Source: Raillietiella orientalis
Lineage: Eukaryota
Assembly (NCBI GenBank): GCA_036172245.1
Contig: JAYWIR010000024.1
Span: 248,001-312,000 of the forward strand
Reading direction: 5' to 3'
Length of the DNA stretch: 64,000 nt
Shown here piece by piece: positions 1-10,700 of this stretch. A model generated the notes under the pieces. The model was not told where the DNA came from. It worked only from the letters and a program-made list of their open reading frames with translations, and searched no databases. The translations under genes and the position numbers were made by a program. Position 1 is the stretch's first letter. Every line of letters starts with the position of its first letter.

Positions 1-339
1 CTGCACTCTCTGACGTGTGATAGCGCTCGCGAGATGACCGCAATCATCGCCACAGTCACGCCTCGCCATTACGACCGAGACGCGCGCGCACGTACCACGC
101 AGTCCATTAGAATCCAGATTCATTAAGTCAGCATCCCGCATCAAGCCAAGCCTCCCATTAGAAGCAGGAGTAGGAGGAGAGAGAGGGAAAGAGAGGGAGA
201 AAGCATCCTGCTCTGTGCTGGATGTTTTCTCCATCCAGCACTGGGCGAAAACAACGAGAGTCATGGAAGATGAAGAGCCCCAGAGATTCCATCAGACGGT
301 AGCAGCTGTAGTCAGCACGGATGATACATGCCAGGGCTC

Positions 340-1030
340 CGGGCTCCGCGGACATCAGTTGATTGGGATGGGTTCAAAGCAGGGGTGACCTGCGTTGACC
401 AGGAGACGCTCTCCGGAAAGGAGGAGGGTTCACTGAGTTGAACTTTCGAGGGATGTGAGCAGAGGGATGGAATTCTGGTGCAAGGGAAGTATCCCCTGGA
501 ACCGGTTTCTTACTCGCGACCTTACAGTTCGCTTTGGATCGTTGGTTGGGACGGGACAGAGGGAGTTGGGTGCCGGTAATCCGCATCCGCGAGCCGGGAA
601 GGAAGGAGAGAGGAATCTACTCGCCGTTCCCAGACGAGGAAAAACGCGGGCGCCTTGGGAGTGAAGGTTGCAGGAAGAGTTCCTTAATCATCATCTTTTC
701 GGGAAGAAAAGCCAAACGGGAAGAAAGATTTGTCCTGGTCGACAAACCGACTCGGGAAAGACGCTCTGTTCGGAAGGACCATCTCTCCCTCGAGGAGTCC
801 CAGTGCAAAGAGTTCCGAAGAGGCAGCGGAGCTGCTGATCGCACTGGTTGGGAGTCCCGAGACGGCATCTCGCAGCTACGCTTGGGAGTGCGAAGAGACG
901 TATGATTTCTCCTTCGAGACCTCTTCAGCATCCGGGGTGCTGAAGACGGCGGCTTCAGACGGGAGGATTTTCAGAGGATCGTATTCGAAGACGAGGTCTC
1001 TCTGGATGAAGGAGCGCCACCTCCTGCATC
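340..1030 (+). mobile_element. Degenerate L1/Tx1-like LINE ORF2 APE endonuclease relic
   Basis: Colinear decayed motifs CVDQET (about 385), a hydrophobic IIIFSG (IILGDFN-like), KTAASDGRI (SDH-like) and KTRSLWMK (WKLN-like). About 926-1013 resembles 2551-2644. Confidence 0.5.
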
Positions 1031-1139
1031 CCATCCCCGGAGCTCCGCTCCGGTCACTCTCGATTTCCTTCGCCACAGCCCTCTACCACTTTCATCCTCC
1101 TCTCATTGAGATCCTGGACCCAGTGTCTCCTCGACTCTA

Positions 1140-2200
1140 GTTTCCCCTTGCCGTCCCGGCTCTGTTCTCCAGCTCTGGGTCCCACAAGGAACTCAGCCTC
1201 CTCCTTTCTTCTCGCTTCCGTATCCTCCCAAGCTCGAGTTTACAGAAGTTGATTTGTCAGGGTTGTCTCCCAAAGGATTGCTAGCTCTCGGACTCGGTCT
1301 CCTGGCAACCAGCTATTTTCACCTCCCCCTCCCTCCTCCTCTAGATACAGAGTGACCTGCATTTTACGGCCGGGTGCTCGTTCTGTTCCCCTCTCCTCTC
1401 CATTCTTGTCAATATGTGTGCAGCGCGGCTCCAATGCAGCAGCATCCCGGTCTCCCGTGCAGGAGCAAGGAGGCGGACGATCGCGAGAGCACCAGCGCCG
1501 CTACAGAACCGGAGGTCGCTCTCCCTGCCGAAAGTACCTCGGAGCTAGTTCGTCCCACACACTCTTTCCGCCAGCCTCCACCCGTTCGGGAAGGAGGGGA
1601 CAGGGGCGTGTGCGGCGATTATAGGTGGACGGATCTCTTTCTGGGAGAGGGACCTCCGGAAGGGTTCTGGCCTCTTCCTAGGAATCTGATTCCCGCAGCG
1701 GAGACGCTCCCGTACCTGACTCTAGGGTCAGCCAGATCTGAAGGAGTTCCATTGTGCCTCACGTAGGCAGTAAGCGAAATCTCCCTAGGGATTCCTTGGC
1801 TTCCTTCATACTTCGTCCATTACCATCCGCCCTGAGCTCTCCGGGTCCTCAAATCCCTGCAACCTTTCCGGAATTCTTCGGTGGGAGCCTCAAGGAACGC
1901 CGCAGTGGACCCTTCGTCTCTCTTCCATGCGGGACGCCGGAGCTTCCTCAACCCCTCTTCCCGGTTTCCTGCTTTTGCGGCGACCCGGGAAGGCGCTCAA
2001 GCGCTTCCCTGGTCTCGCAACAGCTGCTTGAGGGACCTCCGGAGGGAGAATCAGGGGTCCCTCTAGCGAGTCTTTTCCTTCATTTGCAGGGTCCAGCTCC
2101 CTCTTCCACTCCGTCCGGACTCCCCCTCAGGTTTCGGCGAAGCCTACATTTCCTAGGGCGCAAAGCGCCCGAAGGTCCGTCTTGCACCCTTGGGCTCCAA
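1140..2200 (-). mobile_element. Degenerate Tx1-like ORF1 (gag-like, CCHC zinc knuckles) relic
   Basis: The minus strand at about 1470-1350 reads HGRPGCCCIGAALHTY*QEW...EHPAVKC, resembling YxGQPxxCxxCGxxGHxxxxC followed by a second knuckle. Confidence 0.4.
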
Positions 2201-2269
2201 TCGATCAAATCTTGCGGAGCCCTCCGCTCGTCTTCCACCCCCCCCCATTCCCCCTGCCCCCAGCAGGCG

Positions 2270-2750
2270 CTCTTGGAGATGCCCGAGAGGGGAGCGTTCT
2301 GTCCCACCCCGCCTCTTCCTCGCTCTTCACCTTGAAGGAGGACCCGAGGGGATGGCGAGACCGCTTGATGAAAAGCCGGGTAGGTCCAGGCTGGATTCCT
2401 CAAAGCAGAAGCAAGAAGAGCCCGCTGGCGGCTCCCGGACGCACGATAGCCTTCGCATTGGGAATTCATCACGGTTCCTCTTCGTGTTCTCTTCCTCCAG
2501 GACGTGAGATTAGGAGAATTCGCACGTCCTGGAGGTCCATGCGATTTTTTCAGCATCCGGGGTGCTGACGACAGCGGTTCCCACTGGAGTATTTTGAGAG
2601 GATCTTTGCCTTCGAAAAAGACGAGGTCGCTCTGGATGAAGGAGGAGACTCAAGGAGCCTCCCTGGCACCACCTTCCGGGGTTACCTGGCTCCTGAGATG
2701 GAGTGAGCAGAGGGCGATGAAACGAGCAGTCCTAAAGAATCCCCACGCTC
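2270..2750 (+). mobile_element. Second degenerate LINE endonuclease relic (same family as 340-1030)
   Basis: Shares cagcatccggggtgctga and aagacgaggtc.ctctggatgaaggag with 926-1013; reads DDSGSHWSIL...KTRSLWMK. Confidence 0.5.
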
Positions 2751-3249
2751 CCGGGTCCAGGGGGAGGAAGACGGACGCTCTTTCCTCGAAGGGCGAGGGA
2801 GATGGAGGGCAGTCCTCATGAGCGCCGGCTCCCACCTGCCCGCAAGAACCGTGGTGACCCTCCTTCAGCGGGAGTTCTCCACCTCCGCTCCATCTGGAGT
2901 CAGGGTCGGAAAGAGAAGCCGTCGGTTCCCTCCGAGAGGGAGCAGCCGGGTTAGGGGAGAGGGGGAATGGGAGTGAAGCAACGACAAAGAAAACGTGCCG
3001 ATGATAGTAACAGCAGGGATGACGATCGAGAGGGATGAGGGGACGCTCCGAGATGGAGACGTGAGCGAAGGGGGGAGGGCGAGCATCAGCATCGGCAGAG
3101 GAAGATCAGTCGCTGGGCCTGGAGAGTCCGAGGTCAAAAGGAGGAGCACAGAGGGCGTCGGGCGGCTTTCTCTTGGTGGCACTCCCGCCGCGAGGAGGAG
3201 AGACTTCAAGTGGGGGCGACCTAGTCACCTTCCCTCTGTCGAGGTTGCC

Positions 3250-3900
3250 GGGGATAGAGTGCAGGCGACGGTCCACCAATGGAAGGCACTGCGGCCCCGC
3301 CTTCCAGAGAGGTGGGCGTTCCAGTGGGAGGGAAAGGGAGGGACGGGGACTGCACGCGATCCGCTTCCCTTCCCTGTTCCTCTTGGCCGCAGGCAGCTCT
3401 TCAGTCTGTTAAGAGGCGCTCGCCTGGAAGAGGGAAAGGGTGCTGGGAGCTGGTCTCCTCTCTCGGGAACGTGAGGAGGTCGACTCACGCGGTCCCAGAC
3501 GTCTGCCTCTGACGAGCACTCCACTTCCGGTTCCAGTTCTCCGTTTCTCTTCCGAGAGGAACCGCCGAACCCAGTGGACGCATCGAGGGAGCGTCCAGTT
3601 CTCTGGAGGCAGAGAGGGAATGTGGGATCCGAGGGTTCCCCGGCTCACAGGAAAGGGGACCGGCCGAATCTCTATGGATGAGGGAAAGGGGGAAAGGATG
3701 ACAGTAGTCCAATCTTCCCCGATCGTTTGCATTCTGTTCCTCCCCAGCCCCCGAGTCTTCCCCCCCAAGAACTCCAGTGAGCAAGAGGTCGCTGCAGGAG
3801 CCGATTGTGACGCCGAAGGTCTCTCCCTCCACCTATAGGTTGCCCGCAGGTGACCTACCCCTCGTCTTTCCCCTTCCGGGGACCGATCCTACGCCATCGT
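3250..3900 (-). mobile_element. Degenerate LINE endonuclease relic
   Basis: TIGEDWTTV (IIGGDFN.V-like), then RVSRP (SRID-like), then a Trp motif, in the expected order. Confidence 0.35.
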
Positions 3901-4179
3901 GGAGCAGCTCCGGGGAAGGGGAGGGAGCAGCTCGCGCCTTCTTGTGCTCCCCCTCCCACCCACCCGCAAGTCGGGAACGCCTCCTTCGTGCTCCTGCGCT
4001 GACGATCAATGGGACTGATTTGGGAGAACCGTCGAGGCGGGGCGGTTCCTCCATCCTCCTCCCTCTTCCTTCAATGGACCTCATCAACGCGTTCCGGTAA
4101 TTGCACCTCCCTGGCAGGAGCGTTCCCTTTTCTTTCCAATCCCCCCCCTCCTTGCTCCCCATTCCGCTTTCATCCCGTG

Positions 4180-4655
4180 AGGGTGCGCGCGCGAGCCTCT
4201 CCTCGGGAAGGAGGGAGGTGAGAGAAGGAGGAAGGGGGGGGGGGGGGAGGCAGCCAGAAGATCGGGAGCCAATAGCGCTGGGAAGATGCGAGCTACGTTC
4301 CTCCGGACGCAGACCAATCGGAGCCGCCGCCAGCGCCGGGCCGTGCGCCTTGCGGGCGGGTGCGTCCAGACGAGGGGAGCGCCCGGCGTCCCCGCCGGTT
4401 CCGGCGCCTTCCCTCCCCGTCCCCCTCCTCTTTCTCCCTTCCCGCCCCGCCCGGCGGCGAGGGTCCGCGGAGGAGGGGGACGGGGGAGGGGGCGCGGCGG
4501 CGGCAAGCGGGCCGCTGCCGCCCGCCCCTGATTGGCTCGCCGGGGCGGGACGGACGCGCTAGCGCTGCGGAGGCGCGGCTCAGCGCCCCGGCTCTGTGGC
4601 TCCCGAGCGGCGGCGGCGGAGGCAGCGTCCCTACGGTAGGAAGACCCCCTCCCGC
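4180..4655 (+). promoter_or_regulatory. CpG-rich TATA-less promoter / 5' UTR of hbn
   Basis: CCAAT at 4269 and 4314, ATTGG at 4531, GC boxes (cccgcccc 4441 and 4521; ggggcggg 4542) and a G14 run at 4234-4247. Very high GC/CpG directly upstream of the ATG. Confidence 0.7.
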
Positions 4656-4797
4656 ATGCCCATGGCCCAGGAAGTGCTCCCCGGTTCCTCCTCGCCCCCC
4701 CTGGGAAGATGCGGCGGTGGGGCGCACAGCATCGACAGGATCCTCGGCAGAGACCCCGGAGGCGGCGGCGCCGAAGGCAGCGCCAGCTGCGAGCGAG
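4656..4797 (+). CDS. hbn: hbn exon 1 (ATG; eh1/octapeptide HSIDRILG at 4725-4748)
   Basis: [34 protein letters not shown]... lies just downstream of the CCAAT/GC-box promoter. The donor CGAG|GTGACG at 4797/4798 is phase 1, matching the 9774 acceptor. The exact donor is uncertain. Confidence 0.7.
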
Positions 4798-7700
4798 GTG
4801 ACGCTGCGCTCAGCGGCGGCGGGGTGAAAGGCCAGTGAGCGGTCCTCTCCGTTCGCAAAGTTTGTGAGTGGCAGGGGTCTCCGGGCTGCAAGACCACCGA
4901 GGGGGAGGGAGGGTCCCGCGACCTCCTGATCGCTTTCGCAGTTTTTGCCTACCTGCTCCCTAGCTTCCTCGGAAAGACCCTCCTACGAGAAAGGGACCCG
5001 GACCGATCCTCCGGGGATGGTGCAACGGGAACGTGCGGGGCGGCATTGGGAGTGCAGGGGGGATGGATGAAATGTCTCGGGATGCAATCGACTGGCAAGA
5101 GCGCGACCTCTCCCTGTGCCCTCTTCTCTAGGGAGGGGGGCGGATGGGCGTGAAGGCTCGCCGACTTTCCGAATCGTTCTTTTCCCTTTCAGAGCCTGGA
5201 GCGCCCTAGTGGGTTCAGAAGCGCCCCTCGGGGAGCGGACTCTCGCCAGATGGCTCCTCCCGACCGGAAAGGAATGGGGTGGGATGGGAGATGCGAGCTG
5301 CAGTGTCCGAGGCTCAGAGCGCGCGCGCACGAGATGGCTACGGACGGCGCTGCTTCCTCTTCCTGTGGTATTTCCCTTCTCTCCCCGAGTCGTGCACGAA
5401 CCCTCCCGCAGCCGTTCCCTGATCAGGGCAGGGCGAAGGAACGAGGCGAGGGTGGGAGTAGCCGCTCCTCTCGCTGGGGAGGAGGGGACAGACAGTCCCC
5501 ACGTGCGCGTCGCCGGAGGGAGGGAGCAAGGTCACTTCTTCCCCCTTCAATCTTCTCTCCCCCCTTCCCCCCCGTTGTTCATTCTGGCTACTTTCCTGCC
5601 CGTCTGGGCAGTTCCCTTTCCGGGCGGGGGTGATGGAAAAAAGGCGGGGAAAAAGGCAATGTCCTCCCTTCCTTCCGGGTGGTGTCCCAAAGAAGATCCC
5701 GCGCCTCCTCCCGAGGCCAACACCACAGGCCATGGCTTCTCCACGAGCTTTAGAGGATGTCCGTTCCGGCCGCGAGCGGCATGGCGGTACTGATGCTGCC
5801 GTCGAGCCTCAGTCTCTCCTTCTTTGAGATATCCACCCAGAACGCTGATGGGAGAGCTAAATTTGTTCTCAAGAGGAAGATCCTGTCTTCTCCCTCCCCC
5901 CGCTCTCCCCCCGTCGCAGCTCCCGCCGCGGAGGTCGATTTGCTCGCTCGGTTGCCCCTTGAAACGGACGGGCCGGGAAAAGGTGGCCGCGTCCCTCCCT
6001 CCCAGGTGCGAAAGACGTAATCCCGTGGATTCGTTCACCTCCGGCAGTTGTGCCTGCTTAATGGGTGTGAAATGGGTTCCATGGAAACGTGAGTCGTCCC
6101 GTAACACTCGCGGCTCCTCAGCAGCTCCCGAATCACTTCAGGATGACCGGAGCCTTTGGTGTTCAATTAGCGCTTTCGCCGCTGGGTGCGGAGGGGGGAG
6201 GGGCTCTGATTACCTGCTCGGATGAACCCGTGGCGCGGTGGTGACGGTTCGCTGGTCTCTCTGAGTGCATCGCCGCGCCCAGCTCATTCACCGGCCCTCA
6301 GAAACGCTGCCAAAAAAAAAGAAAAGGGAAGGAGGGGGGGGGGGGGGAGAGGAGAGGTGAAAGAAAACTTTGGGATTCATCTCGTGGATGTCTTCCGTGT
6401 GAATGGGGTGAGAGAGGTGTGTAGGACGGGTGCGGAGAAGCCCCTCATCCAGAGGTCCCTTCGGCTGCGAAGTGCATTGCTCGTCGCCAGCTGTAGGGTG
6501 GCGGTGTGCGGCCAGACCCAGTGGCTCCATTGCTAGCGGGAGTGTGGCTCGATAGGAGGGTTTTCCTCCACCCTCGTAGCCTATGCCTGCCTGCAGGAGA
6601 GACCTGGGGTATACGGAGGTCGGGAATGTGCCTGGGACGAAGAACAGGAAGACACTGCTAAGAGGGTGTGGGTCCTCGCCGGTAGGTTTCCAAAGGATCC
6701 CGAGCGACGGGAAGAAGGAAGCGAGGCTGAAAGATCTTGCGGACTCGTCTGCCTCCCTGTCCCGGCCTGTTGCTCACACTCCCTGGAAAGCGCTAAACGC
6801 AGTCGCCTGCTGCCTGGTCTACGCAGAGGTCACGGCGACCTTGGTTGGTTCCTGGTCTCTGCCGGACTCGCCTCCACGGAGCGTCCCCCGAGGCTTGCAC
6901 GCTATTTGAACGCGTCCTCCCCGTCCGTACTCAATCAGGGAGTCTGAAAAAGGAAGCAGTCAGCGGATGCATCTGTCAGCACGGTAACCGCAAAGGGGTT
7001 TTCCACTGCAATGAAGTCTGGCCACGGTCCAGTCGATTCCCTCGATAGGGACGATCCGCGTGCGGCTTTGACTCGTGCGGACAGGTGGCCCATCACGAGC
7101 TGCTTGGTTACGGCACCCTGGTGAGAATGGGAGCCACGCGTACCTCTCCCTCTCAGAGACAAGCCTCTCGGACCTTCGCTGGAGCGTGCCGAGCGATCCC
7201 GCGTGTCTTTCAGGCCTGCCGAACGTGCGATGAGAATCGACCGATTCTCGGGGCAGGCAAGCCTCTGGGGTCGAACGCATTCTCCTTGCATGCACGATGA
7301 ACTGCAACAGCTCCCGGGCGGGTATCAGAGCGCCCCGAAGAGCACCACCTCAAGATTGGTAGGGATGCACCATTAATGGTATTCCGACGGACTGGTTCTT
7401 GAGAGGCGACTGAGCCAGAACCGAGATGCTTTGCGCCGGCTTTCTCGAGTCGCCCCGTCGGCCTGCGGACGGATCTACGGCTTCCGGCTGCGTGTCCTCA
7501 CATCTCGCGCCCTTCGGGCGAGCCTCTGTGACATCGTTGCCAGTCGGAACCGCGCAGCTTTTCTCGGATGCATCCCGTCGACGGTTCTATCGTGTGGCTA
7601 CGAGAATCCGCGCGTGGGAAACCTGCCGTTCCTGGTTTCGCAATGAAGGGATGATGGGAGCTCCCGGATCGAGTCGGTTGGTGCTGTTCGGAGCGCGCCC

Positions 7701-10700
7701 TCGCGGGACGAGACGGTTACACGACGCTTCCTCAGAAGACTAGGGAAATTCCCCGCGCCAAGAGAGGATTCCCGAGACGCCGCTGAGATGAGGAGACACG
7801 CGTATGAAAAGGACCGCGGGGGTGACACGCGAACGCTCCCATGGCGAGGTGGTGCTGACCCTAACATCTCTGTTCCGCCTGCTGCTATCTCATGGCCAAA
7901 CCGGGCATGGGACCGCGAAACCTCGGTCCTCCACGGTCAAGACTTTTGCATCAAGTGATCGCTTCCTTGGGCTCTATTCCCTCTCTCTCCAGTGGGCTAT
8001 GCGCCTGATTTCTGGAGCGTCCACAAGCGATCGACGCAACTCTCGGACTCATTTGTCTTCGAGGAGGGTGGAAGGGTGAAACCTCTACGTCCACATTGTC
8101 GCGAATGGTCGCGTCTTTTCCTTCATTTTTTTTTGCATCTGCATCTTCTTTCTGAAGTCGGTGGCCGTCCGAGGTGCCACCAGCCTCATTCCTGGCATGA
8201 CCAGACTTTCGGTCTTTCGGTCATGCTTCCTCAGTCTTATCGGTGCTCGAACGCCATGACCCGAATTCAAGGCGGAATAATTCTTTTTCAATGAGCACGG
8301 GAGGCTGTGCCACTTCGAGGATGGTCAGCAAGGCAGATGGAAGTGATTCCTCGAAAGTGGACACAGTGCGAGGAGAGGAAGGAAATTAGCAAGGCCAGGA
8401 GGTTGCCTTGTCGATCTTCCTTCAGAGAATGCGGCAAGAGCGACCGCGTGGCAGTCATTTTCCAGTACTTGATGGATTGCCTAAGCCCAGGAGAAAATCG
8501 CATCCCGGCAGCTACAGCGCCAAGCTAACGACAACCGTGGGAGATCGGAATCTTAAAAGCCATCTTCCTGGTGTTCACGGAGTCCGAAGCGTGAATTTGA
8601 CCATTCCTTGTTTCAGAGGATTCCAAGTCGGTCTTCACGTCCATCTTCATGAGAAGCGAAGAGCTGCGGAAGAGCACGATTTTTCCGAAGCCCACTGATG
8701 GACCGATCGAGTTCGGTGCTCAGGAGTTTCTTCCATCTCTCGTCTAGGGAAGGATGACGGCTCAGTTCAGAAGCTTTGGCCTCCTCGAGAGTTGCACTTA
8801 TGGATGGTCAAACCATGAGTGCAACTAGAAATAGAAAAAAAGAACAGCAAGGAGGGGAAGAAAGAGTGCGACGATGTTTCTACTGGATGCTAATGATCAC
8901 CTGTTGCCTGGAAGACAATGTACAACCAGCCGAGCCCTAGCACCTGCTCAAGATTTGAAATAAGTCTCGTGCGTCACAGAATTCCGATTCCGGAGCGTGA
9001 CGGAAACAGCTTTCACGAACGCACCGCAACCCAAACTGGACAGTGGGACGCCACCTCTGATGTGGGAACCGGATGCAGGGAAAAGAGTCCAGCTCCGTCA
9101 GTCTCCATCCATTAGGGAAGATCCACGCAAGACAAGGAGGATCATCTTCAAGGTTCTTGAAAGTCGAGGAACTTTCAACAATTCTTACAAGGCAGAATGC
9201 TCTGGAAGATTCTCTAAAGACAGGACATCTTTTTCTTTCACAGCTTTACTCTGGGGTGGGGGGAAAAAAAACCTCGGACACCAGAGAAGAATCCATCTCG
9301 CGGGTTAAGAGGAGCTGAAGGATTTCCGTCGCTCAGGAAGGCTGTTTCCTAGAAACGGTCCTGAGCAGCAGGGAATTTCAGTGGCAGCGCGTCCTTGGCT
9401 CGTAGATCTCGGAGTGTCCCGTCAGTGGCGCTCCTGAAAGCCGTGCTTCTCTGGGGTCCCTCAGCAGCAGTCAGCTTCCGAACGATGACACATCGTCTTG
9501 CTAGGGAAAGCAACACGTGTTATGCGCGAATCGACTTGCCACTCGCACCCGACGTACTGCCCGGTCAGCCTGAAGGCGTGCTCTCGGATTCACGATTACA
9601 GGCCCCACGATGCAGCGCGGGTTTGCCAGGGCTTCTTGAGTAAAAAATTTCAGATCCCAGTCCGTGCGTCCGACCTTCCTCTTGGGTACCCTTTCTCGTC
9701 TCAGAGGCCGTGTGGAGGTCTCCATGTGCGCTGCTGCGCTCACCCCGAGGTTCAGTGGCTTCCCGTTTTCTAGGAATGGGCAGCGCTTCGGGAAGTATCG
9801 CTCTGGATATGAAAGAGGAGAACTTTGAGGACGAGCAGACCAAGTCGAGGAAGAGCCGCAGGAGTCGCACGACATTCACCACCTACCAGCTACACCAACT
9901 GGAGATGGCATTTCAGAAGACCCAGTACCCGGATGTGTTCACTAGGGAAGAGCTCGCCTCCAGGCTCCAGCTGAGCGAAGCCCGGGTGCAGGTGGGTGGA
10001 TCCTCCCGTGCGTGCGTGCGCGCGCGCTAGCAGATTGCCGAGGCGCCCCGCTTGCGTGGGAGACGGGAAGATGTGCGGATGTGAGTTTTTCTTGACCTTC
10101 CGGCTGTGCGTTTGGACGCGTCCAATGGGGCAGCCTGTGGAAAGTGACCCTTTCCTCGCTCTTACCCCTACTTCTCCCGGCGTGCGCCTCGGTCCTTCGT
10201 TGCATCTCGGGAGACGCAGCTGGCCGTCGGAAAACTCCAAGACGGTCCGGAGGGGGCATGCCAGGAGCCGTCGCCGCTCTGCGGGAGCGGTTCGCATTCC
10301 TGGCCCAAAATGGAAGCCCCCCCCCCCACCTCCCAAAAGGAAAATTGTCAATTTTTCCAATTAACTTGGGATAATTCCCTCCGTGAACCAGCGGAACCAA
10401 GGGGCTGCGTAAACCTATTAAGACGAAGTGTCAGGACCCGAGAGATGCGCCCCGGTGCATCTGCTCGGGGGGAAAACACGGCCGCGCGGCCTAATCGATT
10501 CGTCCCGAGTTCCTCATTGTCCGGGGCAAATGAACCGGTAAATAATCCATACAGCAGCCTGCCACTCTGAGAGATCTCAAGCTGGGAATCAATCAAGTAG
10601 ACAAGTTTACGCTCATTACGAGGAAAACTCTCGGTAACGAAGTGGCGGGCTTCGGAGATGGGATGCGCGCGCGCGTCGGGGAGGAAGAGGGCGCGAGGGG

